64,000 nt of DNA from Minisyncoccota bacterium. GTDB taxonomy: Bacteria > Patescibacteriota > Minisyncoccia > Minisyncoccales > JAGOPM01. Positions 48,651 through 57,573 of this stretch are shown in pieces. Made by a program: the position numbers and the translations under genes. Numbering within the stretch: the stretch's first letter is position 1; every line of letters begins with the position of its first letter. The notes under the pieces are model-generated. The model was not told the DNA's origin. It worked only from the letters and a program-made list of their open reading frames with translations, and ran no database searches. Location of the stretch: NCBI GenBank assembly GCA_041651395.1, contig JBAZJI010000001.1, positions 379,920-443,919 on the forward strand. Reading direction: 5' to 3'.

Positions 48651-50591
48651 ATGGCAAAAATACTTGGAATCGATTTAGGTACCACGATCACTAAAATGGC
48701 CACTATTCAAAACGGTGAGCCGAAGTGTTTAGAATCGCACGAAGGTAATGTTTTAGTGCCTTCTTATGTGGCCCTAAATAAAAATAATGAAAGGTTAGTT
48801 GGAATTTTGGCTTATCGCCAGGCAGTTACAAATCCAAAAAATACTATTCATGCTGTTAAGCGGTTTATCGGCCGCAAATATAGCGACCCGGAAGTGCAGG
48901 AGCAGCTTAAAAAACTCTCTTACGAAACCCGCCAGAGTTCTGACGGCGGCGTGGAAGTGAAAATGGGTGAAAAATGGTATTCGCCGGTAGAAATTTCTTC
49001 CATGATTTTGCAGAAAATCAAAATGGACGCTGAGGAAAAACTTGGCGAAAAAGTTGAAAATGTTGTCATAACCTGCCCAGCGAACTTTGATGATTCGCAG
49101 CGCAAAGCCACCAAGGCCGCGGGTGAAATTGCCGGCTTTAATGTCCTCAAAGTCATTAATGAGCCGACGGCCGCTTCCTTGGCCTATGGTTTGGGCAAAA
49201 AGCAGAACCAAAAAGTTTTGGTTTATGATTACGGCGGGGGAACTTTTGACGTAACTATTCTTAATGTTACCCCTGAGGTTGTCGAAGTTATCGCCACTGG
49301 CGGTGAAGCGCATTTAGGCGGAAATGATTTTGACCAGGCCATTATGGATTGGATGATTAATGAATTTAAGAAGGAACAGGGGATTGACCTTTCCAAAGAC
49401 TCTTTGGCTCTGCAACGCTTAAAAGAAGCAGCGGAAAAAGCTAAAATTGAGCTCTCCTCAGCCATGGAGACTGAGATTAATTTGCCATTTGTGACCAGTG
49501 GCAGTGATGGCCCTAAGCATTTGAATTACAAAATTTCCCGAACAAAATTTAATGAAATCACTAGGCATTTGGTGGACCGCTCCATTGAAAGATGCAGAAA
49601 AACCATTGAAGAGGCGGTCAGTAAAAAAGATGAGCCGAAATTGGCCAGCCAATCAAATATTGATGAAATTGTTTTTGTTGGTGGAACTACCCTGATCCCG
49701 GCTATCAAGGATGCGGTTAAGGCCGCATTTGGCAAGGAACCGAATAAAACACTTAACCCTGAAGAAGTTGTGGCTATGGGTGCCTCTATCCAGGCAGAAA
49801 TTTTAACCGCCGCGAAGGAGGGCCGGGCCCCGGAAGGCGATATTAAAAGTGTTTTACTATTGGACGTTTTGCCGCTTTCTTTGGGTATTGAAACTATGGG
49901 CGGAATTAATACGGTTATGATATCGAAAAATACGACCATTCCGACTTCAAAGAACCAAATATTTTCCACAGCCGCCGACAGTCAGCCCTCGGTAGAAATT
50001 AATGTTTTACAGGGAGAGCGGGCCATGAGCCACGATAATCGTTCCTTGGGTCGTTTTATGCTTGATGGAATTTTACCTGCTCCCCGCGGCGTACCACAAA
50101 TTGAAGTGACTTTCGATGTTGATGCTAGCGGTATCGTGACAGTTTCAGCCAAGGATAAGGGCACAGGCAAAGCCCAATCGATAAAAATTACCGGCAACGT
50201 GGGCATTTCCAAAGAGGAAATTGAAAAAATGAAAAAAGAAGCGGAGCTGCATGCCGAAGAGGATAAAAATAAACGCGAGGCTATTGAGATTAAAAATCAA
50301 GCCGAACAGTTAATTTATCTGAATGAAAAGACCCTTAAAGAAAATGGCGATAAAGTTCCTGCCGATATAAAAAAGGAAGTGGAAGAAAAAATTGAAAACC
50401 TCAAAAAAGTTAAAGACGGCACAGATAGCACTGCTATCAAAAAGGCCAGTGACGAGTTGATGGTTTCAATGCAAAAAATCGGGCAGGCGGTTTATCAAGC
50501 TCAACAGCAAGCACAACAAGCCCAAAGCAATCCCGAAAACCAGCAAAAAAATCCCAATAATGCCCAAGAAGGCGAAGTAAAGGAAAAATAA
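48651..50591 (+). CDS. dnaK: Chaperone DnaK (Hsp70)
   Basis: 646 aa. GIDLGTT, DLGGGTFD-like YDYGGGTFDV, and the full Hsp70 layout. Confidence 0.95.
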   Translation: MAKILGIDLGTTITKMATIQNGEPKCLESHEGNVLVPSYVALNKNNERLVGILAYRQAVTNPKNTIHAVKRFIGRKYSDPEVQEQLKKLSYETRQSSDGGVEVKMGEKWYSPVEISSMILQKIKMDAEEKLGEKVENVVITCPANFDDSQRKATKAAGEIAGFNVLKVINEPTAASLAYGLGKKQNQKVLVYDYGGGTFDVTILNVTPEVVEVIATGGEAHLGGNDFDQAIMDWMINEFKKEQGIDLSKDSLALQRLKEAAEKAKIELSSAMETEINLPFVTSGSDGPKHLNYKISRTKFNEITRHLVDRSIERCRKTIEEAVSKKDEPKLASQSNIDEIVFVGGTTLIPAIKDAVKAAFGKEPNKTLNPEEVVAMGASIQAEILTAAKEGRAPEGDIKSVLLLDVLPLSLGIETMGGINTVMISKNTTIPTSKNQIFSTAADSQPSVEINVLQGERAMSHDNRSLGRFMLDGILPAPRGVPQIEVTFDVDASGIVTVSAKDKGTGKAQSIKITGNVGISKEEIEKMKKEAELHAEEDKNKREAIEIKNQAEQLIYLNEKTLKENGDKVPADIKKEVEEKIENLKKVKDGTDSTAIKKASDELMVSMQKIGQAVYQAQQQAQQAQSNPENQQKNPNNAQEGEVKEK

Positions 50592-50594
50592 TTT

Positions 50595-51653
50595 GTGGCC
50601 AAAGACTACTACAATATTTTGGGCGTGAGCAAGACTGCCTCGCAAGACGAAATTAAGAAAGCCTATTATAATCTCGCTCACCAGCACCATCCAGATAAGG
50701 GCGGCAGTGCGGAAAAGTTCAAAGAAATACACGAAGCGTATCAGGTGCTTTCTGATCCGCAGAAACGCGCCACCTATGACCAGTATGGCGAAATTCCCCA
50801 AAATCAGGGCTTTGGTGGTTGGGGGCAGGGCGGCTTTACAGAAGCTGATTTTGACTTCGGCGGCTTTGGTGATATTTTTGAAGAATTTTTTGGCGGATAT
50901 GCCGGCAATCAAAGAGGCGGCCGCCGTGGATCAGATATCCAAGCTGATTTTGAGCTCACATTAGAGGAGGCTTTTTATCCCCAACACAAAACCATAAAGG
51001 TAGAAAAAGTTTCTGTTTGCCCCAAGTGTTCCGGCAGCGGGGCTGATCCGGCTTTTGGTATGGAGAGGTGTTCAACTTGTGGCGGCTCGGGCGTAGCCCA
51101 AAAAGTTATCCGCACGCCATTTGGTAATGCGGCAACCCGGATTACCTGCCCAGAGTGCCATGGCCAAGGACAAAAACCCAAAAAAAAATGCCCGGAGTGC
51201 CGAGGAGAAGGAAATGTGCGGCGTGCTGAAGTAATTGAATTTGATATTCCCGCCGGCATTGATTCCAATAACGTCATAACTATTCGCGGCAAGGGCAATG
51301 CCGGCAAGCAAGGCGCCCCGGCCGGAGATTTCCATGCCCGAATTTTTATAAAACCTCATGCGAATTTTCGCCGGCAAAACGCTGACCTTTATTCGACTGT
51401 TGCAATCCCGATGACTAAGGCTGCTCTGGGAGGTGATGTGGAAATTAAGACAATCGAAGAAAAAAAACTGTTGTTAAAAATTCCCGCCGGCACACAGCCC
51501 GGAAAGGTCTTCAAAATTTCCGAACGCGGCATGCCTAAATTGCGCGGTAATGGCAGGGGAGATCTCTATGTGGAAATTGTAGTTAAAGTGCCGACTAAGC
51601 TATCTAAAGATCAAAAACGATTGCTGGAGGAAATGGCACTGGAGGAATTATAA
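50595..51653 (+). CDS. dnaJ: Chaperone DnaJ
   Basis: GTG start. J-domain with HPD, a G/F region, and four CxxCxGxG zinc-finger repeats. Confidence 0.95.
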   Translation: MAKDYYNILGVSKTASQDEIKKAYYNLAHQHHPDKGGSAEKFKEIHEAYQVLSDPQKRATYDQYGEIPQNQGFGGWGQGGFTEADFDFGGFGDIFEEFFGGYAGNQRGGRRGSDIQADFELTLEEAFYPQHKTIKVEKVSVCPKCSGSGADPAFGMERCSTCGGSGVAQKVIRTPFGNAATRITCPECHGQGQKPKKKCPECRGEGNVRRAEVIEFDIPAGIDSNNVITIRGKGNAGKQGAPAGDFHARIFIKPHANFRRQNADLYSTVAIPMTKAALGGDVEIKTIEEKKLLLKIPAGTQPGKVFKISERGMPKLRGNGRGDLYVEIVVKVPTKLSKDQKRLLEEMALEEL

Positions 51654-51705
51654 AGAAAAATTACCCCGGACAAGCGAGCCCCGGAAGTGTCGCGAGTACG
51701 CGGCA

Positions 51706-51725
51706 CCTGCCTGCCGGCAGGCAGG
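51706..51725. repeat. Perfect 20-nt palindrome CCTGCCTGCCGGCAGGCAGG (copy 2)
   Basis: Identical to 8847-8866. Here the palindrome extends to 22 nt (A...T). Confidence 0.9.
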
Positions 51726-51842
51726 TACAAGAAGTTCTAAAGCTCACATTGTTCGCTTTGAACTTCAAATAAATCGGACCAATGTCCGACAGCTACCGAG
51801 CAATATAAAACAAGATGGAGAAATCCATCTTGTTTTATATTG

Positions 51843-51913
51843 TGCCCCCGGAAGGAATCGGACCCTCGTCAACGGCTTAAAAGGCCGCTGCTCTACCATT
51901 GAGCTACGGGGGC
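51843..51913 (-). tRNA. tRNA-Lys (anticodon UUU)
   Basis: Reverse complement GCCCCCG-TA-GCTC..GAGC-A-GCGGC-CTTTTAA-GCCGT-TGAC-GAGGG-TCCGATT-CCTTC-CGGGGGC-A. Terminator hairpin at 51797-51832. Confidence 0.85.
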
Positions 51914-52050
51914 TAAACAACTTTTGTATTTTATTATAAATCGGCAAAAATGTCAACGTATTAAGCGTGTGGATACAGACGATTTTTGTTATATTGCACA
52001 TTAATACCAATTTGTTAAAATGGCCTAGGCGATAAAGCCTGTTTTATTTT

Positions 52051-53253
52051 ATGGATCAGAATATAAAAAATAATCTCCGGAAGTGGTTGACTGTTATTGC
52101 TATAATCGGTTTGGCCTTTTTGGGCGGAATGAAATTCCAACAATATCAAAATCCGCCGCCGAGCAAAATGCCCGTGGATGCAGATTTTTCCATTGTCTGG
52201 GATGTTTGGAATCAATTAGAAAATAAATACGTCGGCAACTTGGATAAAGAAAAAATGGTTTATGGGGCCGCCAAGGGCTTAACTGCCGCTTTAGAAGACC
52301 CTTACACAGTCTTTTTGGAGCCGGAAATGGCCAAAGCTCTTAATGAAGATATCTCCGGAAAATTTGAAGGAGTGGGTATGGTTTTAGATGTCAAAGATGG
52401 CCAATTAGTGGTGGTTTCACCGATTAAGGGCACGCCAGCCTATAAAGCCGGGGTTAAAGCCGGGGATAAAATTCTTAAAATTAATGGCACCTCCACCCAA
52501 GATATCCAGCTCGATCAGGCTGTTAAATTCATCCGCGGGCCCAAAGGAACTAAGATTACGATAACGATTTTGCGTGGCGCCCTAGATGCCAAGAACATTA
52601 AAGAGATTGAACTTACCCGCGATGTAATTAATGTGCCCTCTGTAGAATTGGAATACAAGAAAAATAAAAATAACGAGGAGATTGCCGTTATTAAAGTTAC
52701 CCAGTTCCAAGATAATACCGTGCAAGAATTCGAAAAAATTCTGCAAGAGGTAATGCTCAAAAAATCAAAAAGAATAATTATTGACCTGCGGAATAACCCC
52801 GGTGGGCTTTTAGATCAAGCCCAAGCCGTTGCGCAATATTTCCTCAAGTCCGGCGACCCGATTGTTTACGAGGGCAATAGCAAAATAATGCCCGAAGTGC
52901 CTTACATTTCCCAAATTGACGGCCCATTACGCGGCTATCCCTTAGTTGTGCTTATCAATCAAGGCTCGGCCTCTGGTGCTGAAATTTTGGCCGCGGCTTT
53001 AAGCGAAAACGGCGCCGCTAAATTGGTTGGCGAAAATTCTTTTGGCAAGGGCTCGGTGCAGCTGCCCCAAATGCTACGCAGCAAGAGTATGCTTAAAGTT
53101 ACCATCGCGCAGTGGATGACTCCCAAGCGCAATATTATCGACAAAAAAGGAATTAAACCTGATATTGAGGTAAAAATTACCGAAGAGGATGTTAAAAACG
53201 AGAAGGACCCCCAGATGGAAAAAGCTATTGAAATTGTTTCGGAAATGCAATAA
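52051..53253 (+). CDS. S41 family C-terminal processing peptidase with PDZ domain
   Basis: 400 aa. TM anchor, PDZ (GTPAYKAGVKAGDKILKING), RNNPGG, and GSASGAEILAAAL (catalytic Ser region). Confidence 0.85.
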   Translation: MDQNIKNNLRKWLTVIAIIGLAFLGGMKFQQYQNPPPSKMPVDADFSIVWDVWNQLENKYVGNLDKEKMVYGAAKGLTAALEDPYTVFLEPEMAKALNEDISGKFEGVGMVLDVKDGQLVVVSPIKGTPAYKAGVKAGDKILKINGTSTQDIQLDQAVKFIRGPKGTKITITILRGALDAKNIKEIELTRDVINVPSVELEYKKNKNNEEIAVIKVTQFQDNTVQEFEKILQEVMLKKSKRIIIDLRNNPGGLLDQAQAVAQYFLKSGDPIVYEGNSKIMPEVPYISQIDGPLRGYPLVVLINQGSASGAEILAAALSENGAAKLVGENSFGKGSVQLPQMLRSKSMLKVTIAQWMTPKRNIIDKKGIKPDIEVKITEEDVKNEKDPQMEKAIEIVSEMQ

Positions 53254-53276
53254 AATAGGCATTAGAAATCAAAACT

Positions 53277-53741
53277 ATGAAAGTCATACTCCTAAAAGAC
53301 ATTGAGAACCTCGGCCGCAAATTTGAGGTCAAAGAAGTTTCCGACGGCTATGCCCGCAATAGGCTTTTCCCGGATAAACTGGCCAAAATGGCTACCCCTG
53401 ATGAGCTTAAAAAATTAGAAAAAGAAAAGACAAAGAAAGCCAGCCAAGCGGAGGCCAATTTGGCAGGTATCGAGGAATTAGTCGGCAAGATTGATGGAAC
53501 CGAGATTGCCATCCCCATGAAGATTGCTAAAACTGGCAAGCTCTATGAATCGGTTAATGCCCAGAGAATTTCTTTAGAGCTTAAAAAGATAGGGTTTGAA
53601 GTCAAAAAGAGCCAAGTGGCACTCGAACACCCCATTAAAGAGTTAGGAGAATATAATGTTAGGCTGGAATTTGATATGGGCCTGGAAGCGGAGATTAGAG
53701 TCATCATTACCGAAGATCAAGAACAAAAAAAGGAGGATTAA
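53277..53741 (+). CDS. rplI: 50S ribosomal protein L9
   Basis: [28 protein letters not shown]. Confidence 0.9.
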   Translation: MKVILLKDIENLGRKFEVKEVSDGYARNRLFPDKLAKMATPDELKKLEKEKTKKASQAEANLAGIEELVGKIDGTEIAIPMKIAKTGKLYESVNAQRISLELKKIGFEVKKSQVALEHPIKELGEYNVRLEFDMGLEAEIRVIITEDQEQKKED

Positions 53742-53766
53742 ATCCTCCTTTTTGCTTATATAGATT

Positions 53767-54039
53767 TCATTCAACACTGGCAAATTTAGCAATGCGCTGA
53801 GTTCCATCAAACTTGCGTATCCTTTTGGTGCTAAATTTTACCACGCCGTCGGCCATAGCAAAAATCGTATGGTCTTTGCCTAATTTGGTATTCTTGCCGG
53901 AGCGGATTTTGGTTCCGCGCTGTCGAACGATAACCTGGCCAATTTTGACTTTCTCACCGGCGAAAAGCTTAACTCCCAAATATTTGGGGTTGGAATCGCG
54001 GCCTAATCTTGTAGAACCACCTGATTTCTTTGTTGCCAT
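53767..54039 (-). CDS. rpmA: 50S ribosomal protein L27
   Basis: [24 protein letters not shown]...IVRQRGTK. Confidence 0.9.
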   Translation of the reverse strand: MATKKSGGSTRLGRDSNPKYLGVKLFAGEKVKIGQVIVRQRGTKIRSGKNTKLGKDHTIFAMADGVVKFSTKRIRKFDGTQRIAKFASVE

Positions 54040-54094
54040 AGTAGTAAATTTCGGTTAAATTAAGACATACAAATATTAACAGAAAAACCTGAAT

Positions 54095-54823
54095 ATGTCA
54101 ACAAAATACCCTAAATTTGAAAATTTACCCCGCCACATTGCCTTTATTCCTGACGGTAACCGCCGTTGGGCCAAGGCTAGGGGATTAGCCCCTTGGATGG
54201 GCCATTATGAGGGCTTTAAGGCCGTAGAAAAAGTCTTCAAAGCTTGTTTTGACATGAATATCGGCTGCGTCTCGCTTTGGGCGGCCAGCCGTGACAACAT
54301 CTTAAAAAGAGACCCGGAAGAAATTAAATATTTGTTGAATTTATTCGCAGAAAAATTTTCCGAATTAGCGGATGAAAAATTTATTCACAAACAAAAAGTA
54401 AAAATAACTTTTTTCGGTGATTGGCAGGAGCTTTGCCCGGAAAAAGTGGTCAAAGCCATAGAGAAGTGCCATAAAAAGACCACCAAATACCACGACAAAA
54501 ATCTGAATATTTTTGTCGGCTATAGCGGCACCAAAGAGATGATTGACGCCTGTACTTCAATCGCTAGCGCTAAAGCAAAAAATAAAGACCTGCTCATTAA
54601 CGGCGAGCTAGTCAAAGCCAATTTATATACCAAAGATTTGCCGCCAGTTGATTATGTAATACGCACAGGAGGGGAGCCGCATAATTCTGATGGTTTTATG
54701 ATGTGGGATACGGCCAACGCCCAAATTTTCAACTCGACCAAACATTGGCCGGATTTTAAGGAAAAAGAGTTGATAGAAACCTTAGAAGAGTATAATAAAA
54801 GAGAGAGGAGACTCGGAAAATAA
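54095..54823 (+). CDS. uppS: Undecaprenyl (isoprenyl) diphosphate synthase
   Basis: IAFIPDGNRRWAK and the C-terminal RRLGK motif. Confidence 0.9.
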   Translation: MSTKYPKFENLPRHIAFIPDGNRRWAKARGLAPWMGHYEGFKAVEKVFKACFDMNIGCVSLWAASRDNILKRDPEEIKYLLNLFAEKFSELADEKFIHKQKVKITFFGDWQELCPEKVVKAIEKCHKKTTKYHDKNLNIFVGYSGTKEMIDACTSIASAKAKNKDLLINGELVKANLYTKDLPPVDYVIRTGGEPHNSDGFMMWDTANAQIFNSTKHWPDFKEKELIETLEEYNKRERRLGK

Positions 54824-55036
54824 TAATGCAAAAAACAGTGTATATCGAACACTGTTTTTTGTTTGACAATTATAAAAAATTTGGCATAATGTAAAGAATT
54901 AACAATTAAATAAAGGAGGAATAATAAGCACTAGTTGAACATTTTAGCCTGGGCCCCCAGGCATTATTTGTTGATTTTGAGAATATTTTTGGCTCGATAA
55001 TATATTTTAAGTGTGAAAAATCAAAAGGAGGTCAAA

Positions 55037-55492
55037 ATGTTGCCGATATGGATGTATGTTTTTTGTGTTTTACTGGCCGTAGGAGGCTTATTGATCTTGG
55101 ATGCCAAAGGCGGTTGGAGAGATACGCTAGCCGGTTTAGGACTTGTCTTTGGAATTATAGGAATTATTGCTGTAACGCTTGTATGGGTTGGGCGGTATTC
55201 GCTGACCTCAGCCGCTATTAAGGACGCGGAAGTAACCGCTGAAAAAATGCTCTTAATATCCACTCGAGGACAAACTACAGAAACAATTTATGACTTTGAT
55301 AAGCTCAGAATCGACAAAAATCTTTTTGATTTGAGCAACCCCGTCCATCGAGAATTAATCGGAGAAATTGAAGAGACTAACGCCATTATCAGAATGGCCC
55401 AAGATGCCAAAAAAGGCCCATGGAGCTTGTTTTACCCAAGCTTCGATAAATATCCGCCAATCATCGAATTTGTCGATGATAAGACGCCTTAA
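55037..55492 (+). CDS. Membrane hypothetical protein
   Basis: ATG 7 nt after AAGGAGG. Two TM helices followed by a soluble tail. Confidence 0.5.
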   Translation: MLPIWMYVFCVLLAVGGLLILDAKGGWRDTLAGLGLVFGIIGIIAVTLVWVGRYSLTSAAIKDAEVTAEKMLLISTRGQTTETIYDFDKLRIDKNLFDLSNPVHRELIGEIEETNAIIRMAQDAKKGPWSLFYPSFDKYPPIIEFVDDKTP

Positions 55493-55528
55493 ACTAGGCA
55501 TAAATCAGACACGAAAGGGAGCTAGCAA

Positions 55529-56149
55529 ATGATAATCACAATACTGCTCGCTATGATTTGCATCGTGATTATTTTGGGCAGAACCCAGAAAGGGCCTGAA
55601 ACAAAAAATCCGCAAGAAGAATTTCTGAAAGATCTGAAAAATATTAGGCGCTGGCCTGATATCAAATTTTGGCAAAAAGTTATTTTGTCGCGTAAGAATA
55701 TGCGTTCTGATTTCGAGAAAATTTGCCAGATGTGTACAGGTTCGGAAGAAAATCCAAATACCGAACTTGCCGGGTTAATAGAAAGGATTATTAATATCCT
55801 TTCTATTAACCAATCTTGCTATGAATATATTGTCCGTGAAAGAATTTGGAATAACAAAGAAATCGTTTTGCCGATTGTCAGGGCGCTTTTCAGCTCCAAT
55901 GTTTTTCTGAGTTTCGTTGATATGAAAATCCTCGCAATTAGTGTACACTCTCTTGGTGATAGGGTGCGCAATTTGGGTGGCAGTCAAGCAGACGATGAAA
56001 GGACCAAACGGGAAATTTCATACATGGAGAAAATTCAGTTTCAGAGAATAGCCGCCGACATCATAAGCCAGAAAGAAGAAATAGAGGAAATCGAAAAAGA
56101 ATTTCGAGAATCAGGAGTTATTCTTGAAATTCTAAAAACCGCCCAATAG
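55529..56149 (+). CDS. Hypothetical protein with N-terminal TM anchor
   Basis: 206 aa with a weak SD (AAGGGAG). Terminator at 56140-56162. Confidence 0.5.
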   Translation: MIITILLAMICIVIILGRTQKGPETKNPQEEFLKDLKNIRRWPDIKFWQKVILSRKNMRSDFEKICQMCTGSEENPNTELAGLIERIINILSINQSCYEYIVRERIWNNKEIVLPIVRALFSSNVFLSFVDMKILAISVHSLGDRVRNLGGSQADDERTKREISYMEKIQFQRIAADIISQKEEIEEIEKEFRESGVILEILKTAQ

Positions 56150-56161
56150 GCGGTTCTTTTT

Positions 56162-57106
56162 TTAGGCGTTTAGCGAATGGTGCTTTTTATGAATGTCTTT
56201 AAGCCGTTTAGAGGTTACATGAGTATATATTTGGGTGGCAGTGATAGAGCGATGGCCCAAAAATTCCTGAACAACCCTTAAATCAACCCCTTGGGAGAGC
56301 AAATCCGTGGCAAAGCTATGGCGCATAACGTGGGGCGTGGTATTGGCCGGCAAACCCGCCAAAAGCGCACATCTTTTTATCATCTTTTCAATAAAACGCG
56401 GTGTAAGCCTTTTAGAATTTCTCGCCCCGCGAAAATTTACAAATAGAGCCTTTTCTGTATCTTTGCTGCCGCGCATTTTCAAATATTCTCGTATCCAATT
56501 CAGGGCACGTTTGGAGAAATAAACCGTGCGGGTATGCGAGCCCTTACCAACTATCGAAAGCTCGAAATCCTCGGCCTCGGGGGCAATTTTGAGCTGCTCA
56601 GCATTAAGCGCGGTAAGCTCAGAAATACGCATTCCGGTGGAAAAAAATGTTTCTAAAATTGCCCGATCGCGGCAGCCATTTAACTTTTTTACATCAGGAA
56701 CGGAAAATAATTTTTCAACCTGCTCAACTGTCAAAAACCTGACTAGTTTTTCTTCCTTGGCTCGCGCCAATTTTATTTTTTCCGTCGGCAGGGAATTGAT
56801 ATCGTGCTCGGCAAAATAGCTCATTAGCTGCCTTAAGGCGATTAAGTAGTAGTTCTGGGTGGTCTTTTTAAGCCCAACCGAGCCGGCAGCAGAACGGCTC
56901 AGGTAGACCCGATAATCCCAAATATGCTCAGGGGTAAGCTCATGAGGCTTAAGGGAAGAGAGTTTTTTAATTTCCAACCATTTCAAAAATTTCCGAAGGA
57001 ATCTGGAATAATTTTCCTGCGTTTTTGAACCTAATCCTTTTTCTACATCAAGCCAGTCTAAAAAGTCGTTTAAGTGTTGGGGAAGTGCTTTTTCCGAATT
57101 CTTCAT
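56162..57106 (-). CDS. Tyrosine recombinase, XerC/XerD family
   Basis: 314 aa. Catalytic pattern includes R (GMRISEL region), HVMRHSFAT, and LGHRSITATQIYTHV (the Tyr). Confidence 0.85.
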   Translation of the reverse strand: MKNSEKALPQHLNDFLDWLDVEKGLGSKTQENYSRFLRKFLKWLEIKKLSSLKPHELTPEHIWDYRVYLSRSAAGSVGLKKTTQNYYLIALRQLMSYFAEHDINSLPTEKIKLARAKEEKLVRFLTVEQVEKLFSVPDVKKLNGCRDRAILETFFSTGMRISELTALNAEQLKIAPEAEDFELSIVGKGSHTRTVYFSKRALNWIREYLKMRGSKDTEKALFVNFRGARNSKRLTPRFIEKMIKRCALLAGLPANTTPHVMRHSFATDLLSQGVDLRVVQEFLGHRSITATQIYTHVTSKRLKDIHKKHHSLNA

Positions 57107-57132
57107 TGTATATAGGAAAACAATACTGCCCT

Positions 57133-57162
57133 ATGTTCGCTTAAGTTAAATTATGCGAACAT
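57133..57162. promoter_or_regulatory. dif-like recombination site candidate (12-6-12)
   Basis: ATGTTCGCTTAA-GTTAAA-TTATGCGAACAT. The two arms are inverted repeats with 1 mismatch. The arm GTTCGCATAA matches the E. coli dif XerC arm GTGCGCATAA at 9 of 10 positions. Lies 27 nt upstream of the xer start. Confidence 0.5.
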
Positions 57163-57198
57163 ATATTAATTTCTGTTCTTTGCTTGCTATTATTCCCT

Positions 57199-57573
57199 CT
57201 AAGGCTTAGCCGGAACCTCTTTGCTACCGAAAAATACTCGTATCGCGCTCCAAATGCGGTTATTCTCAAAAAAACCTTTCCAGTCATTTTGCAGCTCATC
57301 TTTTTCCGCGGCGTATTCCTTAATAGCCATTTCGAAACGAAAAGAAAAAAAATTTTTTACAGAAGCCATGGTCGAGCTTAGGAAGCTGGTAGCATCATTG
57401 GTAGCACCCTTGGCCCGGTCTTTGATATCAGTTGGTAGACCACTTCCCTGCAAAAGCCCTAAATTGCCACTTTCAGCCCCTCGGGCCAAAGTAGGCTTAA
57501 AAACATAAAAAGAGAAAACTGTCAAAAAAATAGCAATGAAATAAAAATATTTTTTACAATATTTTATTCCCAT
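57199..57573 (-). CDS. Small secreted/membrane-anchored hypothetical protein
   Basis: 124 aa. Signal-like segment FYFIAIFLTVFSFYVF. Overlaps the gltX stop by 10 nt. Confidence 0.45.
   Translation of the reverse strand: MGIKYCKKYFYFIAIFLTVFSFYVFKPTLARGAESGNLGLLQGSGLPTDIKDRAKGATNDATSFLSSTMASVKNFFSFRFEMAIKEYAAEKDELQNDWKGFFENNRIWSAIRVFFGSKEVPAKP

Noticed and set aside
51765-52010. An 81-aa minus-strand ORF.
   Set aside because: It runs straight through tRNA-Lys and its promoter. It has no SD and its sequence is low-complexity.
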